Source: an uncultured Actinomycetes bacterium
Lineage (GTDB): Bacteria > Actinomycetota > UBA4738 > JACQTL01
Assembly (NCBI GenBank): GCA_963707645.1
Contig: CAVPQW010000005.1
Span: 427,309-491,308 of the forward strand
Direction: 5' to 3'
Length of the DNA: 64,000 nt
The translations under genes were made by a program, and so were the position numbers. The notes beneath the pieces are model-generated. The model ran no database searches and was not told the DNA's origin. It saw only the letters and a list, made by a program, of their open reading frames with translations. Numbering within the stretch: the stretch's first letter is position 1; each line of letters starts with the position of its first letter. This document shows positions 53,687-63,499 of the stretch, in pieces.

Positions 53687-54682
53687 ATGCGACTTCTCTT
53701 CATCGGCGGCACGCGGTTCGTCGGCCGGCACCTCGCGGAGCGCGCGGTGGCGGCCGGGCACGAGGTCACGGTGTTCCACCGGGGCCAGACCGGGAAGGGG
53801 GACATCGCGGGCGCCGAGGAGATCCTCGGCGACCGCGACGGCGGGCTCGACAGGCTCGGCGGGCGGGAGTGGGACACCGTCGTCGACACCAGCGGGTACT
53901 TCCCCCGCGTGGTGGCGGCGTCGGCGAGCAAGCTCGCCGACGCCGCCCGGCACTACGTCTTCGTCTCCTCGCTCTCGGCGTACTCTGACGACCGGACGCC
54001 GGGCCAGGACGAGTCCGGCCCGCTCGGCACGATCGACGACCCGACGATCGAGGAGATCACCGAGGAGAGCTACGGCCCGCTCAAGGTCCTGTGCGAGCAG
54101 GAGGCCGAGCGGGCGTTCCCCGGGCGGGCCCTGATCCTGCGCTGGGGGCTCATGGTCGGCCCCCTCGACTACACCGACCGGTTCACGTACTGGCCGCGCC
54201 GGATCGCCGACGGCGGCGAGATCCTGGCTCCGGGCCCGCCAGACCAGCCGGTGCAGTTCGCCGACGGACGCGACGTGGCGGCGTTCATGATGCTCGCGAT
54301 CGAACGGCAGCTGACCGGCGTGTTCAACGTGCACGGGCCGGCCGAGCCGATGACGTTCGCGGAGCTGCTCGACATCTGCCGCAACTCCGGCGGGTCGAAC
54401 GCGTCCATCACGTGGGCCGACCCCGAGTTCATCGTTGGGCAGGGTGTCGAGCCCTGGAGCGAGCTGCCGCTGTGGATCCCCGGCGAGGAGATGGCCGGGT
54501 TCATGCAGCGGACGATGCGGAAGGCCCTCGACGCCGGGCTGACGCTCCGGCCGGTGGCCGACACGGTCCGGGACACACTGGCGTGGGACGCCGACCGCGG
54601 CCGTCCGGACCTCCAGGCCGGACTGCCCCGCGAGCGGGAGGCGGAAGTGCTCGCCGCGTGGCGCTCGCGGCAGGGTTCCTGA
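53687..54682 (+). CDS. NAD-dependent epimerase/dehydratase family (extended SDR) protein
   Basis: 'MRLLFIGGTRFVGRHL' Rossmann motif, 'YGPLK' catalytic YxxxK. Divergent from folE (147-bp gap). Confidence 0.85.
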   Translation: MRLLFIGGTRFVGRHLAERAVAAGHEVTVFHRGQTGKGDIAGAEEILGDRDGGLDRLGGREWDTVVDTSGYFPRVVAASASKLADAARHYVFVSSLSAYSDDRTPGQDESGPLGTIDDPTIEEITEESYGPLKVLCEQEAERAFPGRALILRWGLMVGPLDYTDRFTYWPRRIADGGEILAPGPPDQPVQFADGRDVAAFMMLAIERQLTGVFNVHGPAEPMTFAELLDICRNSGGSNASITWADPEFIVGQGVEPWSELPLWIPGEEMAGFMQRTMRKALDAGLTLRPVADTVRDTLAWDADRGRPDLQAGLPREREAEVLAAWRSRQGS

Positions 54683-54698
54683 TCGAGCGCGCCGACGC

Positions 54699-55463
54699 AT
54701 GCGCGACACGGTCGAAGGCGTCCGACACCTCGAGGGGATCGACTGGTCGCCGAATCCGCAGCGCCATCCGGACCTGCGCGCGTGGCCGTTCACCATCCCC
54801 GCGGTCAAGCAGATCGTCGACGAGGGCGGGCTCGAGGTCCCCGGCGGGGTGACGTTCCTGATCGGCGAGAACGGCAGCGGCAAGAGCACGCTCGTCGAGG
54901 CCATGGCCGACCGGTACCCGCGCACCGGCTTCCTGTCGAACGTGATGAACACGTCCGGGCCGGGCCCGTCCGACGAGGACTCGCCGCTCCGGTTCCACAT
55001 CCGGGCCCGCACGGCGCGCGGCGCCTCCCCGGCCGGGTTCTTCCTCCGCGCCGAGGTCATGCACGACTTCCTTGCTGCGATGGACGAGACCGAGACCAGG
55101 CAGCGCGGCTGGGGCGACGAGGAGTTCTCGACGAAGTCGCACGGCGAGTCGTTCCTGGCCGTCCTCCGCGTGCGCTTCGCCGACGTCGGCGTCTACTTCA
55201 TGGACGAACCCGAGGCGGCGCTCTCGTTCCGCTCCTGCCTCGGACTGCTCTCGCTGCTCGACACCATGCGCCGCGAGGGCAGCCAGGTCGTGATCGCGAC
55301 GCACTCGCCGCTCCTGACGTCGCTCCGCGGCGCCGCGCTGCTCGAGCTCGACGAGCACGGAATCCGCCGCGTCGACCGGTGGGAGGAGCTCGACCTGGTG
55401 CAGTCCTGGCGGTCGTTCCTCGAGGCGCCGCCGCGGTTCCTCCGCCACCTGCTCGACGACTGA
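54699..55463 (+). CDS. Stand-alone ABC/AAA_21-type P-loop ATPase
   Basis: Walker A 'GENGSGKST', signature-like 'KSHGESF', Walker B 'VYFMDEPEAALS', H-loop 'IATHSP'. Confidence 0.8.
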   Translation: MRDTVEGVRHLEGIDWSPNPQRHPDLRAWPFTIPAVKQIVDEGGLEVPGGVTFLIGENGSGKSTLVEAMADRYPRTGFLSNVMNTSGPGPSDEDSPLRFHIRARTARGASPAGFFLRAEVMHDFLAAMDETETRQRGWGDEEFSTKSHGESFLAVLRVRFADVGVYFMDEPEAALSFRSCLGLLSLLDTMRREGSQVVIATHSPLLTSLRGAALLELDEHGIRRVDRWEELDLVQSWRSFLEAPPRFLRHLLDD

Positions 55464-55479
55464 TCGTCGCGGCGGCGCG

Positions 55480-57069
55480 TCAGGCCAGGTAGACCCAGAC
55501 GGCACCGGTGACCGGGTCGATGTCGAGAGCCACCGGGGTCCCCGGGACCTCGTAGGTCGCGACAACGACGTTCTGTGCTGGGTCGATGCGCGCCACGGTC
55601 CCGTCGTCGCGGTTCGCCACCCACACGGCATCCGTGCCCACCGCGAGCGCGACCGGCCGTTTTCCGACCGAGATCGGAACACCCGCATCGCCGGTGCCCT
55701 GGTCGACCGAGAACGCGAAACCTCCGCTCGAGTTCAGGCACCACAACCCCGCCGGGCCCACGTCGATGACGTCGGGGGCGATGGCGACCTCCACGGACCG
55801 GACCAGCTTCGCCTCGACCGGGTCGATCTGGTGGAGGACCCCGCCGAGGATGTCGATCACCCAGACCTGCCCGTCGAACGCCGAGATGTCGTCCGCCTTC
55901 GCGGTCCCCAGCTCGACGAGCGTCGGCGTGTCGTTCCCCCGGGCCTCGCTGACCCGCGCGAGCCCACCCGGATACAAGCCCCATACGAATCCGTCGCCGA
56001 CGGCGATGTGCCCCAACACGGTCCCGAACTCGCCGGGGAGCACGACCTGGCGGATTCCCCGCTTGGTGACGGGATCGAGCTGCTCGAGCACCACGCGGGC
56101 GTTGGGGCTGCGGCTGGTTGCGCCCGAGACCCACACCTGGTGGTCGCCCGTCGCGACGTCCCCGCCGCCCACTCGCGAGGGGTCGACCTCCCCTGTTCGG
56201 GCATCGACGGCGTAGCGGGTCCCGCCGAGCCCGCCCTCCAGGACCCGCTCTGCCGTCTGGGTGACCTTGCCCGTCTCCGGGTTCAGCCGCACGAGCGCCT
56301 CGGTAAGTTGGAGCGGCGGCGTCGGTGAACCCGCCGACGGCGACGTGGACGTCGTGGCCGTCCGGATTCCGCTGGCGGCTCCGGTCGGCCGAGGGCTCCC
56401 GCCGCCCTCGGACAACACCAGAACCACGACGACCACCGCGGCGACGACCGCCGCAGCGATGCCGGCCACGACGGGAAGCCGCCGGCGGGTCGGGGTCGCC
56501 GGCTGGACGCCCGCCAGGCTGGCGGCGGCCTGTTCACCCGTGAGCGGCTGGGCGACCGGGTCGCCTTCGAGCTCCCGGAGCGCGAAGAGCTGCCACGTCC
56601 CCGGCACGCCCTTCAGCTCGTGGGCCGAGAGGTCCTCGAACGCCATCCCGGAGCCCGCGACCAGGTCGCGCACCGTGCTCGTGACGAGCACCTCGGCCGG
56701 GCCGGCGAGCGACATGACCCGGGAGCCGATGTGGACGGCGATTCCGGCCAGACGCCCGTCGACGACCTCGCACTCGCCGAAATGGACGCCGCACCGCACG
56801 TCGACCCCGTGGACCTGCACGGCCCGGACGATCGCGTCGGCGGCGCGCACCGCCTGCTCCGGCGCGGGGAACGTGGCGAAGAACCCGTCGCCGGCCGTGT
56901 CCTCTTCGTGGCCGTCGTACCGCTTCAGGAGCACGCGGACGGTCTTGCGGAACCTCGTGAGGAGCTCGCGCCACCGCCGGTCGCCGAGGTCCGAGGCGAT
57001 CTGCGTCGAGCCCACGACGTCGAGGAACAGCACCGCCGACAGCCGGCGGGCACGCGGCGCCTGTGACAT
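55480..57069 (-). CDS. Class III adenylate/guanylate cyclase (N-terminal, cytoplasmic) - TM - extracellular beta-propeller-like repeat domain
   Basis: 'AVLFLDVVGST', 'GDGFFATF', 'VRCGVHFGE'. TM 'LPVVAGIAAAVVAAVVVVVLVL'. C-terminal repeats such as 'GQVWVID', 'DAVWVANRDDGTVARIDP', 'GAVWVY'. Confidence 0.85.
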   Translation of the reverse strand: MSQAPRARRLSAVLFLDVVGSTQIASDLGDRRWRELLTRFRKTVRVLLKRYDGHEEDTAGDGFFATFPAPEQAVRAADAIVRAVQVHGVDVRCGVHFGECEVVDGRLAGIAVHIGSRVMSLAGPAEVLVTSTVRDLVAGSGMAFEDLSAHELKGVPGTWQLFALRELEGDPVAQPLTGEQAAASLAGVQPATPTRRRLPVVAGIAAAVVAAVVVVVLVLSEGGGSPRPTGAASGIRTATTSTSPSAGSPTPPLQLTEALVRLNPETGKVTQTAERVLEGGLGGTRYAVDARTGEVDPSRVGGGDVATGDHQVWVSGATSRSPNARVVLEQLDPVTKRGIRQVVLPGEFGTVLGHIAVGDGFVWGLYPGGLARVSEARGNDTPTLVELGTAKADDISAFDGQVWVIDILGGVLHQIDPVEAKLVRSVEVAIAPDVIDVGPAGLWCLNSSGGFAFSVDQGTGDAGVPISVGKRPVALAVGTDAVWVANRDDGTVARIDPAQNVVVATYEVPGTPVALDIDPVTGAVWVYLA

Positions 57070-57117
57070 GAGCGAAGTATGGGAACGGGCGGGCGCCGGG
57101 CAAGCCTCGCTGCGGAG

Positions 57118-57345
57118 TTACGAGGCCTGGTTCGCCCAGTGCTTGAAGATCTCGATCTTCTCCGCCGGCCAGGAGTCGTCGCAGGGCATGTCCCCGGCCT
57201 CCAGCCGCTCGAGGATCGCGTCGGCGTTGCTCCGGACATCGGCCTCGTTCCACAGGTCGAACGCCCACTCCATCTCCGTCCGGTCGGACTCCCGGAACAG
57301 CGGCTTGATGTCCTCGCTGAAGCTCAGCTGTGGCTCGTCGGACAT
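57118..57345 (-). CDS. Small acidic hypothetical protein (75 aa)
   Basis: ATG 57345. 'MSDEPQLSFSEDIKPLFRESDRTEMEWAFDLWNEADVRSNADAILERLEAGDMPCDDSWPAEKIEIFKHWANQAS'. Balanced composition, lower GC. Confidence 0.55.
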   Translation of the reverse strand: MSDEPQLSFSEDIKPLFRESDRTEMEWAFDLWNEADVRSNADAILERLEAGDMPCDDSWPAEKIEIFKHWANQAS

Positions 57346-57564
57346 TGCTCGATCGCTCCCTCGTGTCGGCGGCATCCACTCGTCTCGCCCGGCCGGCCGC
57401 CTTTACGCGCGCCGGGCCTCGCGGCAGCCTATCCGAACCTCCCCGACCGACGCCAAACCCGTCCCCGTTTCCGTCCCCGTCGTGCCGGGTACACCTGTTG
57501 CGCCCGGGAGGGGGCCCGAGAACGCCTCGGGGAAAGAGCCCGGATGCCCGAAAGGAGAATCCGC

Positions 57565-58377
57565 ATGCGACGTCGTGTCGCCATGGCCGCGTTCGGCCTG
57601 GCCCTTGCGCTCGGCTCGATCAGCTGTGGTCAGGACGCAACCTCCGCGACGCACGGCACCATCGCCGCCGTGAACGCCAACCAGTCGAACAACTGGTCCG
57701 GATACAACCAGGGAACGCTCGAACGGGGTTCGACCCTGTTCAACTCGGTCGGCGGGACCTGGACCGTTCCGACGGCCGTACAGCACAGGAAGGGCGAGGC
57801 CGAGTCCTCGTCCGTGTGGATCGGCATCGGCGGCGGGTGCATCGACGGCGCCTGCACCGTCACCGACAACACGCTCATCCAGGCCGGCACCGAGCAGGAC
57901 GTAAACAGTGGCGGGAAGGCCTCATACAGCGCGTGGTGGGAGATCATCCCGTCGCCGAGCATCGAGATCAGCGGCTTCGCCGTGCACCCCGGCGACCGGA
58001 TCAAGGGGCTCATCTCCGAGGCGGTCGCCGGTTCGAACGTGTGGACGATCGGCCTGAAGAACGTGACGACCGGCGCCACGTTCAGCCAGACGGTTCCCTA
58101 CCCGTCGACCCACGCGACGGCCGAATGGATCGTCGAGACGCCGCTGCTGATCGGTACAAACGGCACGGGCCTCGCGGCGATGCCGAACCTCGGATCCGTG
58201 AAGATCACCGGCGCCACGGTGAACGGCGCATCCGCCGGCCTCCGGCCCGCCGAGCAGGTCCAGCTGATCGACGCGAACAACCGCGTCATCGCCCGTCCGT
58301 CGGCCCCGAACGCGGCCAAGAACGCGTTCAACGACTGCACCTACGCGGCAACCTGCGCCGCTCCCGGCGGCAGGTAA
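57565..58377 (+). CDS. Peptidase G1 (eqolisin/glutamic peptidase) family protein, probable lipoprotein
   Basis: RBS aaaggaga before ATG 57565. Signal 'MRRRVAMAAFGLALALGSISCG'. 'SNNWSGY', 'SVWIGIGG', 'TLIQAGTEQD' (catalytic Gln context), 'YSAWWEIIP', 'TAEWIVETP' (catalytic Glu context). Confidence 0.75.
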   Translation: MRRRVAMAAFGLALALGSISCGQDATSATHGTIAAVNANQSNNWSGYNQGTLERGSTLFNSVGGTWTVPTAVQHRKGEAESSSVWIGIGGGCIDGACTVTDNTLIQAGTEQDVNSGGKASYSAWWEIIPSPSIEISGFAVHPGDRIKGLISEAVAGSNVWTIGLKNVTTGATFSQTVPYPSTHATAEWIVETPLLIGTNGTGLAAMPNLGSVKITGATVNGASAGLRPAEQVQLIDANNRVIARPSAPNAAKNAFNDCTYAATCAAPGGR

Positions 58378-58560
58378 TCGGCGGGCGCTCCACGCTCCTC
58401 ACGATGGCGCTCCCGGCCGGCCGGGCGCGCCCTCGCCCTCTGCCTCGGCACCCGATCGACGACCCCCACGGCCGGGGGACACCGATTTCGGCCGGAAGCC
58501 CCATCAAGATTCGTGCGGTCCGGTGCCGATCCGTTCGAGCGGGGGGAAGGAAGGAGCCGC

Positions 58561-58887
58561 GTGCCCGTGCTGCGCACCGAACCGCTCGAGGGCGGGGTTG
58601 GCCTCCGGCTGTCCGGAGAGCTCGCCGACGCCAACGCGCTGATCGCCCAGGACTCGTTCGCCCATCTCGCCGTCATCGGCGGCGACGTCACCATCGACAT
58701 GGCCGGTGTGCCGTTCATGGACTCGTTCGGGCTCGGCAAGCTCATCGTGCTGGCGAACGGGCTGAACGGCCGAGGGCGCCTCCGGCTGGTGAACGTCCAG
58801 CCCACCGTGATGCGAGTGTTCGAGCTCGTCGCGCCCGCGCGCGGGCTGCCCGGCATGACGGTCGAACCCGCGGCCGCGCCCGCGTAG
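58561..58887 (+). CDS. STAS-domain anti-sigma-factor antagonist
   Basis: RBS ggaaggaaggag before GTG 58561. 'VTIDMAGVPFMDSFGLGKLIVLANGL...LRLVNVQPTVMRVFEL'. Confidence 0.8.
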   Translation: MPVLRTEPLEGGVGLRLSGELADANALIAQDSFAHLAVIGGDVTIDMAGVPFMDSFGLGKLIVLANGLNGRGRLRLVNVQPTVMRVFELVAPARGLPGMTVEPAAAPA

Positions 58888-58898
58888 ACTCCGCGGCC

Positions 58899-59795
58899 GT
58901 GCGGCCGCTCCGAGTCGGAATCCAGCTCCCCGAGGTCGAGCGCGAGGTGCGCTGGCCGGAGTACGTCGCCATGGCCCGCGCGGCCGAGGAGGTCGGGTTC
59001 GACTCGATCTGGGTCGGCGACCACCTCCTGTACCGAGACGACGGCCGGCCGGAGCGCGGACCTTGGGAAGCCTGGACGCTGCTGGCCGGGCTCTCCCAGG
59101 TCACCCGGCGCGTCGAGATCGGCCCGCTCGTGGCCTGCGCCGCGTTCTCGCCGCCCGCGATCCTGGCGAAGCGCGCCGCCACCGTCGACGAGCTCTCGGG
59201 CGGACGGCTGCGGTTCGGCATCGGCGCCGGGTGGAACGAAGCCGAGTTCCGCGCCTTCGGCGTTCCCTTCGGCGAACGGGCCGCACGGTTCGAAGAGTCG
59301 TTCGAGGTCATCCGCCGGCTGCTCGCCGGCGAACGGGTCACGTTCGGAGGGCGGTTCGTCGAGGTCGAGGACGCCGTCCTGCTCCCGACGCCCACACGGC
59401 GCGTGCGGCTCATGGTGGGCAGCACCGGACCGCGGGTCCTCGCCGCGACCCTCCCGTGGATCGACTGCTGGAACACGTGGTTCGACTGGTTCGGCAACAC
59501 GCCGGAGGGCTTCGCCGTCGGGAACGCCGAGATCGACGCCGCGTGCGAGCTCGCGGGGCGGCCGCCGGGCGACGTCGAACGGAGCGCGTGCATGCTGGTC
59601 GTGCTCGATCCGACGACTGGCGAACGACATATCGACGAGGGCGTGCAGCCGGTGGGGGGCCGGCCGCAGAACGTGGCCCGGGCGCTCCGCGGCCTGGCCG
59701 AGGCCGGCGCCCATGAGGCGATCCTCGTGGCGGACCCGATCACGGAGGGGTCGATCCGGGCGCTCGGCGCGGCGCTCGACCTGCTCGACGGCTGA
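58899..59795 (+). CDS. LLM-class (luciferase-like) F420-dependent oxidoreductase
   Basis: GTG 58899. 'AEEVGFDSIWVGDHLL', 'TVDELSGGRLRFGIGAGWNEAEF'. Confidence 0.85.
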   Translation: MRPLRVGIQLPEVEREVRWPEYVAMARAAEEVGFDSIWVGDHLLYRDDGRPERGPWEAWTLLAGLSQVTRRVEIGPLVACAAFSPPAILAKRAATVDELSGGRLRFGIGAGWNEAEFRAFGVPFGERAARFEESFEVIRRLLAGERVTFGGRFVEVEDAVLLPTPTRRVRLMVGSTGPRVLAATLPWIDCWNTWFDWFGNTPEGFAVGNAEIDAACELAGRPPGDVERSACMLVVLDPTTGERHIDEGVQPVGGRPQNVARALRGLAEAGAHEAILVADPITEGSIRALGAALDLLDG

Positions 59796-59805
59796 CGCCG
59801 GGAGC

Positions 59806-60642
59806 TCAGGCGCCCGTTGCGATCGGCCTCGACGGGTCGGTGATCCATTCCGACCAGCTGCCGACGTACAGGCGCGCGCCCTCGAAGCCGGCGATGCGAA
59901 GCGCCACGAGATCGTGGGCCGACGTCACGCCGGAGCCGCAGTACGCGACGACTTCGTCGGCGGCGGCGACGCCGAGCGCCTCGTAGCGTTCGCGGAGCTG
60001 CTCCGGCGGGAGGAACCTGCCCGTCGACGGGTCGAGGTTCCCCGCGAACGGCGCCGACACGGCACCGGGAATGCGTCCGGCGATTGGGTCGATCGGTTCG
60101 GTTTCGCCGCGGAACCGCTCGGATGCGCGGGCGTCGAGCACGACCGCCGCCGGATCCACCCGTAGTCGCTCGACCAGGGCGGCGTCCGCGATGGCGTCTT
60201 CGGGCCACGGCACAGGCGTGAACGCGGCCCGCGGCCGCGAGGGAGAGCGCCCGACCTCGAGCTCACCCGTCCACGCGGCCACGCCCCCGTCGAGGAGCCC
60301 GACGGGGTGGCCGGTCACGTCGAGCATCCACCACAAGCGCGCGGCGCTCGATCCGCCGGCGTCGTCGTAGGCGATGACGAACGAGTCGTCGCCGATGCCC
60401 GCCCGGGACATCGCCTCGGCGAACGACTCCGGCGTGGGGAGCGGGTGCCGGCCGGCGGTCGGGGTCTTCGGCGCCGACAGGTCGGTGTCCACGTCGACGA
60501 ACACCGCACCGGGGATGTGCCCGGCCTCGTATGTCGAACGGCCCGACCCGTCGGCGTACCACCGGGCGTCGGCCACCACGACGCCGGGATCCCCGGAGTG
60601 TTCGCTCAGCCAGCCGGCGTCGACGAGCGGGCCGGCCCCCAC
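59806..60642 (-). CDS. Tandem-rhodanese sulfurtransferase (thiosulfate/3-mercaptopyruvate type)
   Basis: GTG 60642 lies 5 nt after the gdhA stop. 'YEAGHIPGAVF', active-site loop 'YCGSGVTS', 'GSWSEW'. Confidence 0.88.
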   Translation of the reverse strand: MGAGPLVDAGWLSEHSGDPGVVVADARWYADGSGRSTYEAGHIPGAVFVDVDTDLSAPKTPTAGRHPLPTPESFAEAMSRAGIGDDSFVIAYDDAGGSSAARLWWMLDVTGHPVGLLDGGVAAWTGELEVGRSPSRPRAAFTPVPWPEDAIADAALVERLRVDPAAVVLDARASERFRGETEPIDPIAGRIPGAVSAPFAGNLDPSTGRFLPPEQLRERYEALGVAAADEVVAYCGSGVTSAHDLVALRIAGFEGARLYVGSWSEWITDPSRPIATGA

Positions 60643-60647
60643 GCCGT

Positions 60648-62006
60648 TCAGACCAGGCCCTGGTCGAGCATCGCGTCGGCCACCTTGCGGAACCCCGCGA
60701 TGTTCGCCCCGTTCACGTAGTTGCCGGGGGTGCCGTACTCCTCGGCGGTCTCCCAGCACTGCTTATGGATGGCCTTCATGATGTCCTTGAGCCGGTGGTC
60801 GACCTCCTCGCGGGGCCACGTGACCCGTAGCGAGTCCTGGGACATCTCGAGTCCGGATACGGCGACGCCGCCGGCGTTCGCGGCCTTGCCGGGGCCGTAC
60901 AGGATGCCCGCCTGCACGAACCGCTCGACGCCTTCGGGCGTGGTCGGCATGTTCGCCCCCTCCGCGACGACGAACACGCCGTTTGCCAGCAGGGTCGCCG
61001 CGTCCTTCGCGCTGATCTCGTTCTGGGTGGCGCTCGGGAACGCGCACTCCGCCGGGATGGCCCACAGAGGGCACTCGTCGGCGTCCTCGTGGGGGATATG
61101 CGTCGCCCGTGGGAAACGCTCGATGTACTCGGACATCCGGCCGCGCCGGTCGTTCTTGAGCTCCATGACCCAGGCGAGCTTCTCGAAGTCGATGCCGTCC
61201 GGGTCGTGGACGATGCCGCCCGAGTCGGACAGGGTCACGGGCTTCGCGCCCATGTGCAGGAGCTTCTCGACCGTGTACTGCGCGACGTTCCCGCTGCCGG
61301 AGACCAGGCAGGTCTTGCCCTCGAGGTCGTCGTTCCGCGAGGAGAGCATCTCGTGGGCGAAGTACACGGCGCCGTACCCGGTGGCCTCGGGCCGGATGAG
61401 CGAGCCGCCCCACTCGACCCCCTTCCCGGTCAGCACGCCGGTGAACTCGTTGCGGATCCGCTTGTACTGGCCGAACAGGAAGCCGATCTCCCGCCCGCCC
61501 ACGCCGATGTCGCCTGCCGGCACGTCGGTGAACTGCCCGATGTGCCGCTGCAGCTCGGTCATGAACGACTGGCAGAACCTCATGACCTCGCGCTCGCTCT
61601 TGCCCTTGGGGTCGAAGTCGCTCCCGCCCTTGCCGCCGCCCATCGGGAGCGTCGTCAGCGCGTTCTTGAAGACCTGTTCGAACGCGAGGAACTTCAGCAG
61701 TCCCAGGTACACCGTCGGATGGAACCGCAGGCCGCCCTTGTAGGGACCGATCGAGGAGTTCATCTCGACGCGGTAGCCCTTGTTGACGTGGATCTCGCCG
61801 GCGTCGTCGACCCACGGGACGCGGAACAGGATCACGCGTTCGGGCTCGACGATCCGTTCGAGGATCTTCTCCGTGCGGTAGACCGGGTGGCGCTCGAGGC
61901 AGATCTCGATGGACTCGGCGACCTCCCGCACGGCCTGGTGGAACTCGATCTCGCCGGGGTTCCGGGACTCGACCTCCGACATGAAGTCCTTGACGTAGCT
62001 GCTCAT
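60648..62006 (-). CDS. gdhA: NADP-specific glutamate dehydrogenase
   Basis: Intact 452 aa: 'YKGGLRFHP', 'LPMGGGKGGSDFDPKG', 'VPAGDIGVGGREIG', 'SGSGNVAQY'. Confidence 0.95.
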   Translation of the reverse strand: MSSYVKDFMSEVESRNPGEIEFHQAVREVAESIEICLERHPVYRTEKILERIVEPERVILFRVPWVDDAGEIHVNKGYRVEMNSSIGPYKGGLRFHPTVYLGLLKFLAFEQVFKNALTTLPMGGGKGGSDFDPKGKSEREVMRFCQSFMTELQRHIGQFTDVPAGDIGVGGREIGFLFGQYKRIRNEFTGVLTGKGVEWGGSLIRPEATGYGAVYFAHEMLSSRNDDLEGKTCLVSGSGNVAQYTVEKLLHMGAKPVTLSDSGGIVHDPDGIDFEKLAWVMELKNDRRGRMSEYIERFPRATHIPHEDADECPLWAIPAECAFPSATQNEISAKDAATLLANGVFVVAEGANMPTTPEGVERFVQAGILYGPGKAANAGGVAVSGLEMSQDSLRVTWPREEVDHRLKDIMKAIHKQCWETAEEYGTPGNYVNGANIAGFRKVADAMLDQGLV

Positions 62007-62061
62007 CGCCTACCCCCTGTGTACGGGCTCAGACTGGCTCCGTCGTGGTGCGCGGCGGGCA

Positions 62062-63402
62062 TCATGCACCCCGACAGAGCGCCAGGCCAGCCAACTGCTC
62101 GGGAACGTCCGTCTGTTCCGGAAGCGCCATCGTGGCCGGACATCCGTATTCGAAATGCATTCCGTCGGGCAGCAGGAAGTCGCCGCCCCACACGAACCCC
62201 TCGTCGGCGAACGCCTTCACCAGCCGTGGATCCTGGGTCGGCGTCGCCCCGAGCAGGTTCCCGGCGACATTGACGTCGATCGCGGCGCCGTACGCGTGCT
62301 GGGAGAGCTGGCTCGTCGAGCCGCGGATCAGGCGGGCCGCGAAGCACCCGCCGTAGTGCGCGGGGTCGACCAGGTCCCGGAGCCCGGCGTCCTGCACGGC
62401 ATGCAGGGTCGCGCGGAGCGGCGGGATGAACGCCCGGTTGCACGTGACCTCCCCGAGGATCGGCACGCGCTCGGTCGCGATGTGCCGGTCGACCCAGGCC
62501 GGGTCGATCTCGATGGCGTCGCCGCTTCGGACCGCGGAGAACTCGCCGAAGAACACCTTGGTCCACTCGGGCGGCATCACGCCGTCGCCCTGCCGGAGGT
62601 ACGCGGTCTCCGCCTGGGAACGAACCCTGACGGCCACGGCGACCGTTCCTCCCGCGACCCGCCGGACGGCCGCTTCCGTCGCTCGCGCGGCCGCGTCGTC
62701 GGCGATCCGAACGAGCAGATAGTCGGCTCCGCCCAGGCCGAACCGACCGCCGACGTCGCTCGACAGGAACACCTCGTGCGCGCCGACGTCGCGGTCGGAC
62801 GCGACCGCGCCGACGGGGATCCCGACCCGGCCGAACCGGAGGCGCTCCGGGGCTCCGCCCCGGAGCGCCTCCGACGTCGCACTGAGCACCGCCTCGCCGT
62901 CGGCGAGCGGCCGGAGCCACGGCCGTTCGCCGAGGACCGCCCGGAGATCTCCCGGCGCCGCGGCGGCGGCGTCCAAGGGAACGGCCCGCGTGTCGCCCGG
63001 GCCGTCGTCCGTCGGGCCGTCGAGCCACATCGTTCCTTCGGAGACCGGGGCGACCGCGGCGACCCCCGGCACGGCCGCAATCGCGGCGACGGTGGAGGGC
63101 GGCAGCTCGCCGCGGATCCACACGACCAGCATCCGCCGGTCGTGGTCGGTGGCGGGAGTCGTTCCGGACCCGGTCGTTCCGACCGGCTCCGGCGTCGCCA
63201 CTCCGCTCGAGGAAGCCCCGACGTCGGTTGGACCGGGCGACGCCGACCCGGGCGGGACGGACGGCCGCGCGGCTGCGGTGGTGTTCCGTGCCGTCTGCCG
63301 ATCGGGTGCCGCCGGCCCGGTGCACGCGGCCGCGACGACCGTGAGGATCGCCGGGATGACCCACTTCGACCGGGCAGGCGTCGAGCCCATCGCAGGCTCC
63401 AT
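62062..63402 (-). CDS. M15 (VanY/LAS-type) D-Ala-D-Ala carboxypeptidase-like lipoprotein
   Basis: Signal 'WVIPAILTVVAAAC'. C-terminal 'SQHAYGAAIDVN' and 'WGGDFLLPDGMHFEY' are LAS metal-ligand motifs. Start at ATG 63402 or 63390. Confidence 0.8.
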   Translation of the reverse strand: MEPAMGSTPARSKWVIPAILTVVAAACTGPAAPDRQTARNTTAAARPSVPPGSASPGPTDVGASSSGVATPEPVGTTGSGTTPATDHDRRMLVVWIRGELPPSTVAAIAAVPGVAAVAPVSEGTMWLDGPTDDGPGDTRAVPLDAAAAAPGDLRAVLGERPWLRPLADGEAVLSATSEALRGGAPERLRFGRVGIPVGAVASDRDVGAHEVFLSSDVGGRFGLGGADYLLVRIADDAAARATEAAVRRVAGGTVAVAVRVRSQAETAYLRQGDGVMPPEWTKVFFGEFSAVRSGDAIEIDPAWVDRHIATERVPILGEVTCNRAFIPPLRATLHAVQDAGLRDLVDPAHYGGCFAARLIRGSTSQLSQHAYGAAIDVNVAGNLLGATPTQDPRLVKAFADEGFVWGGDFLLPDGMHFEYGCPATMALPEQTDVPEQLAGLALCRGA

Positions 63403-63499
63403 TGTTCCCCGCCGCGGTCGGTTGCGGCATGCGTCATTCGGCCACACGTGAGTGAGCCCTTCGGCCGGTCGGGAGCACGGTTCGGCCATGTCTGGCTTC

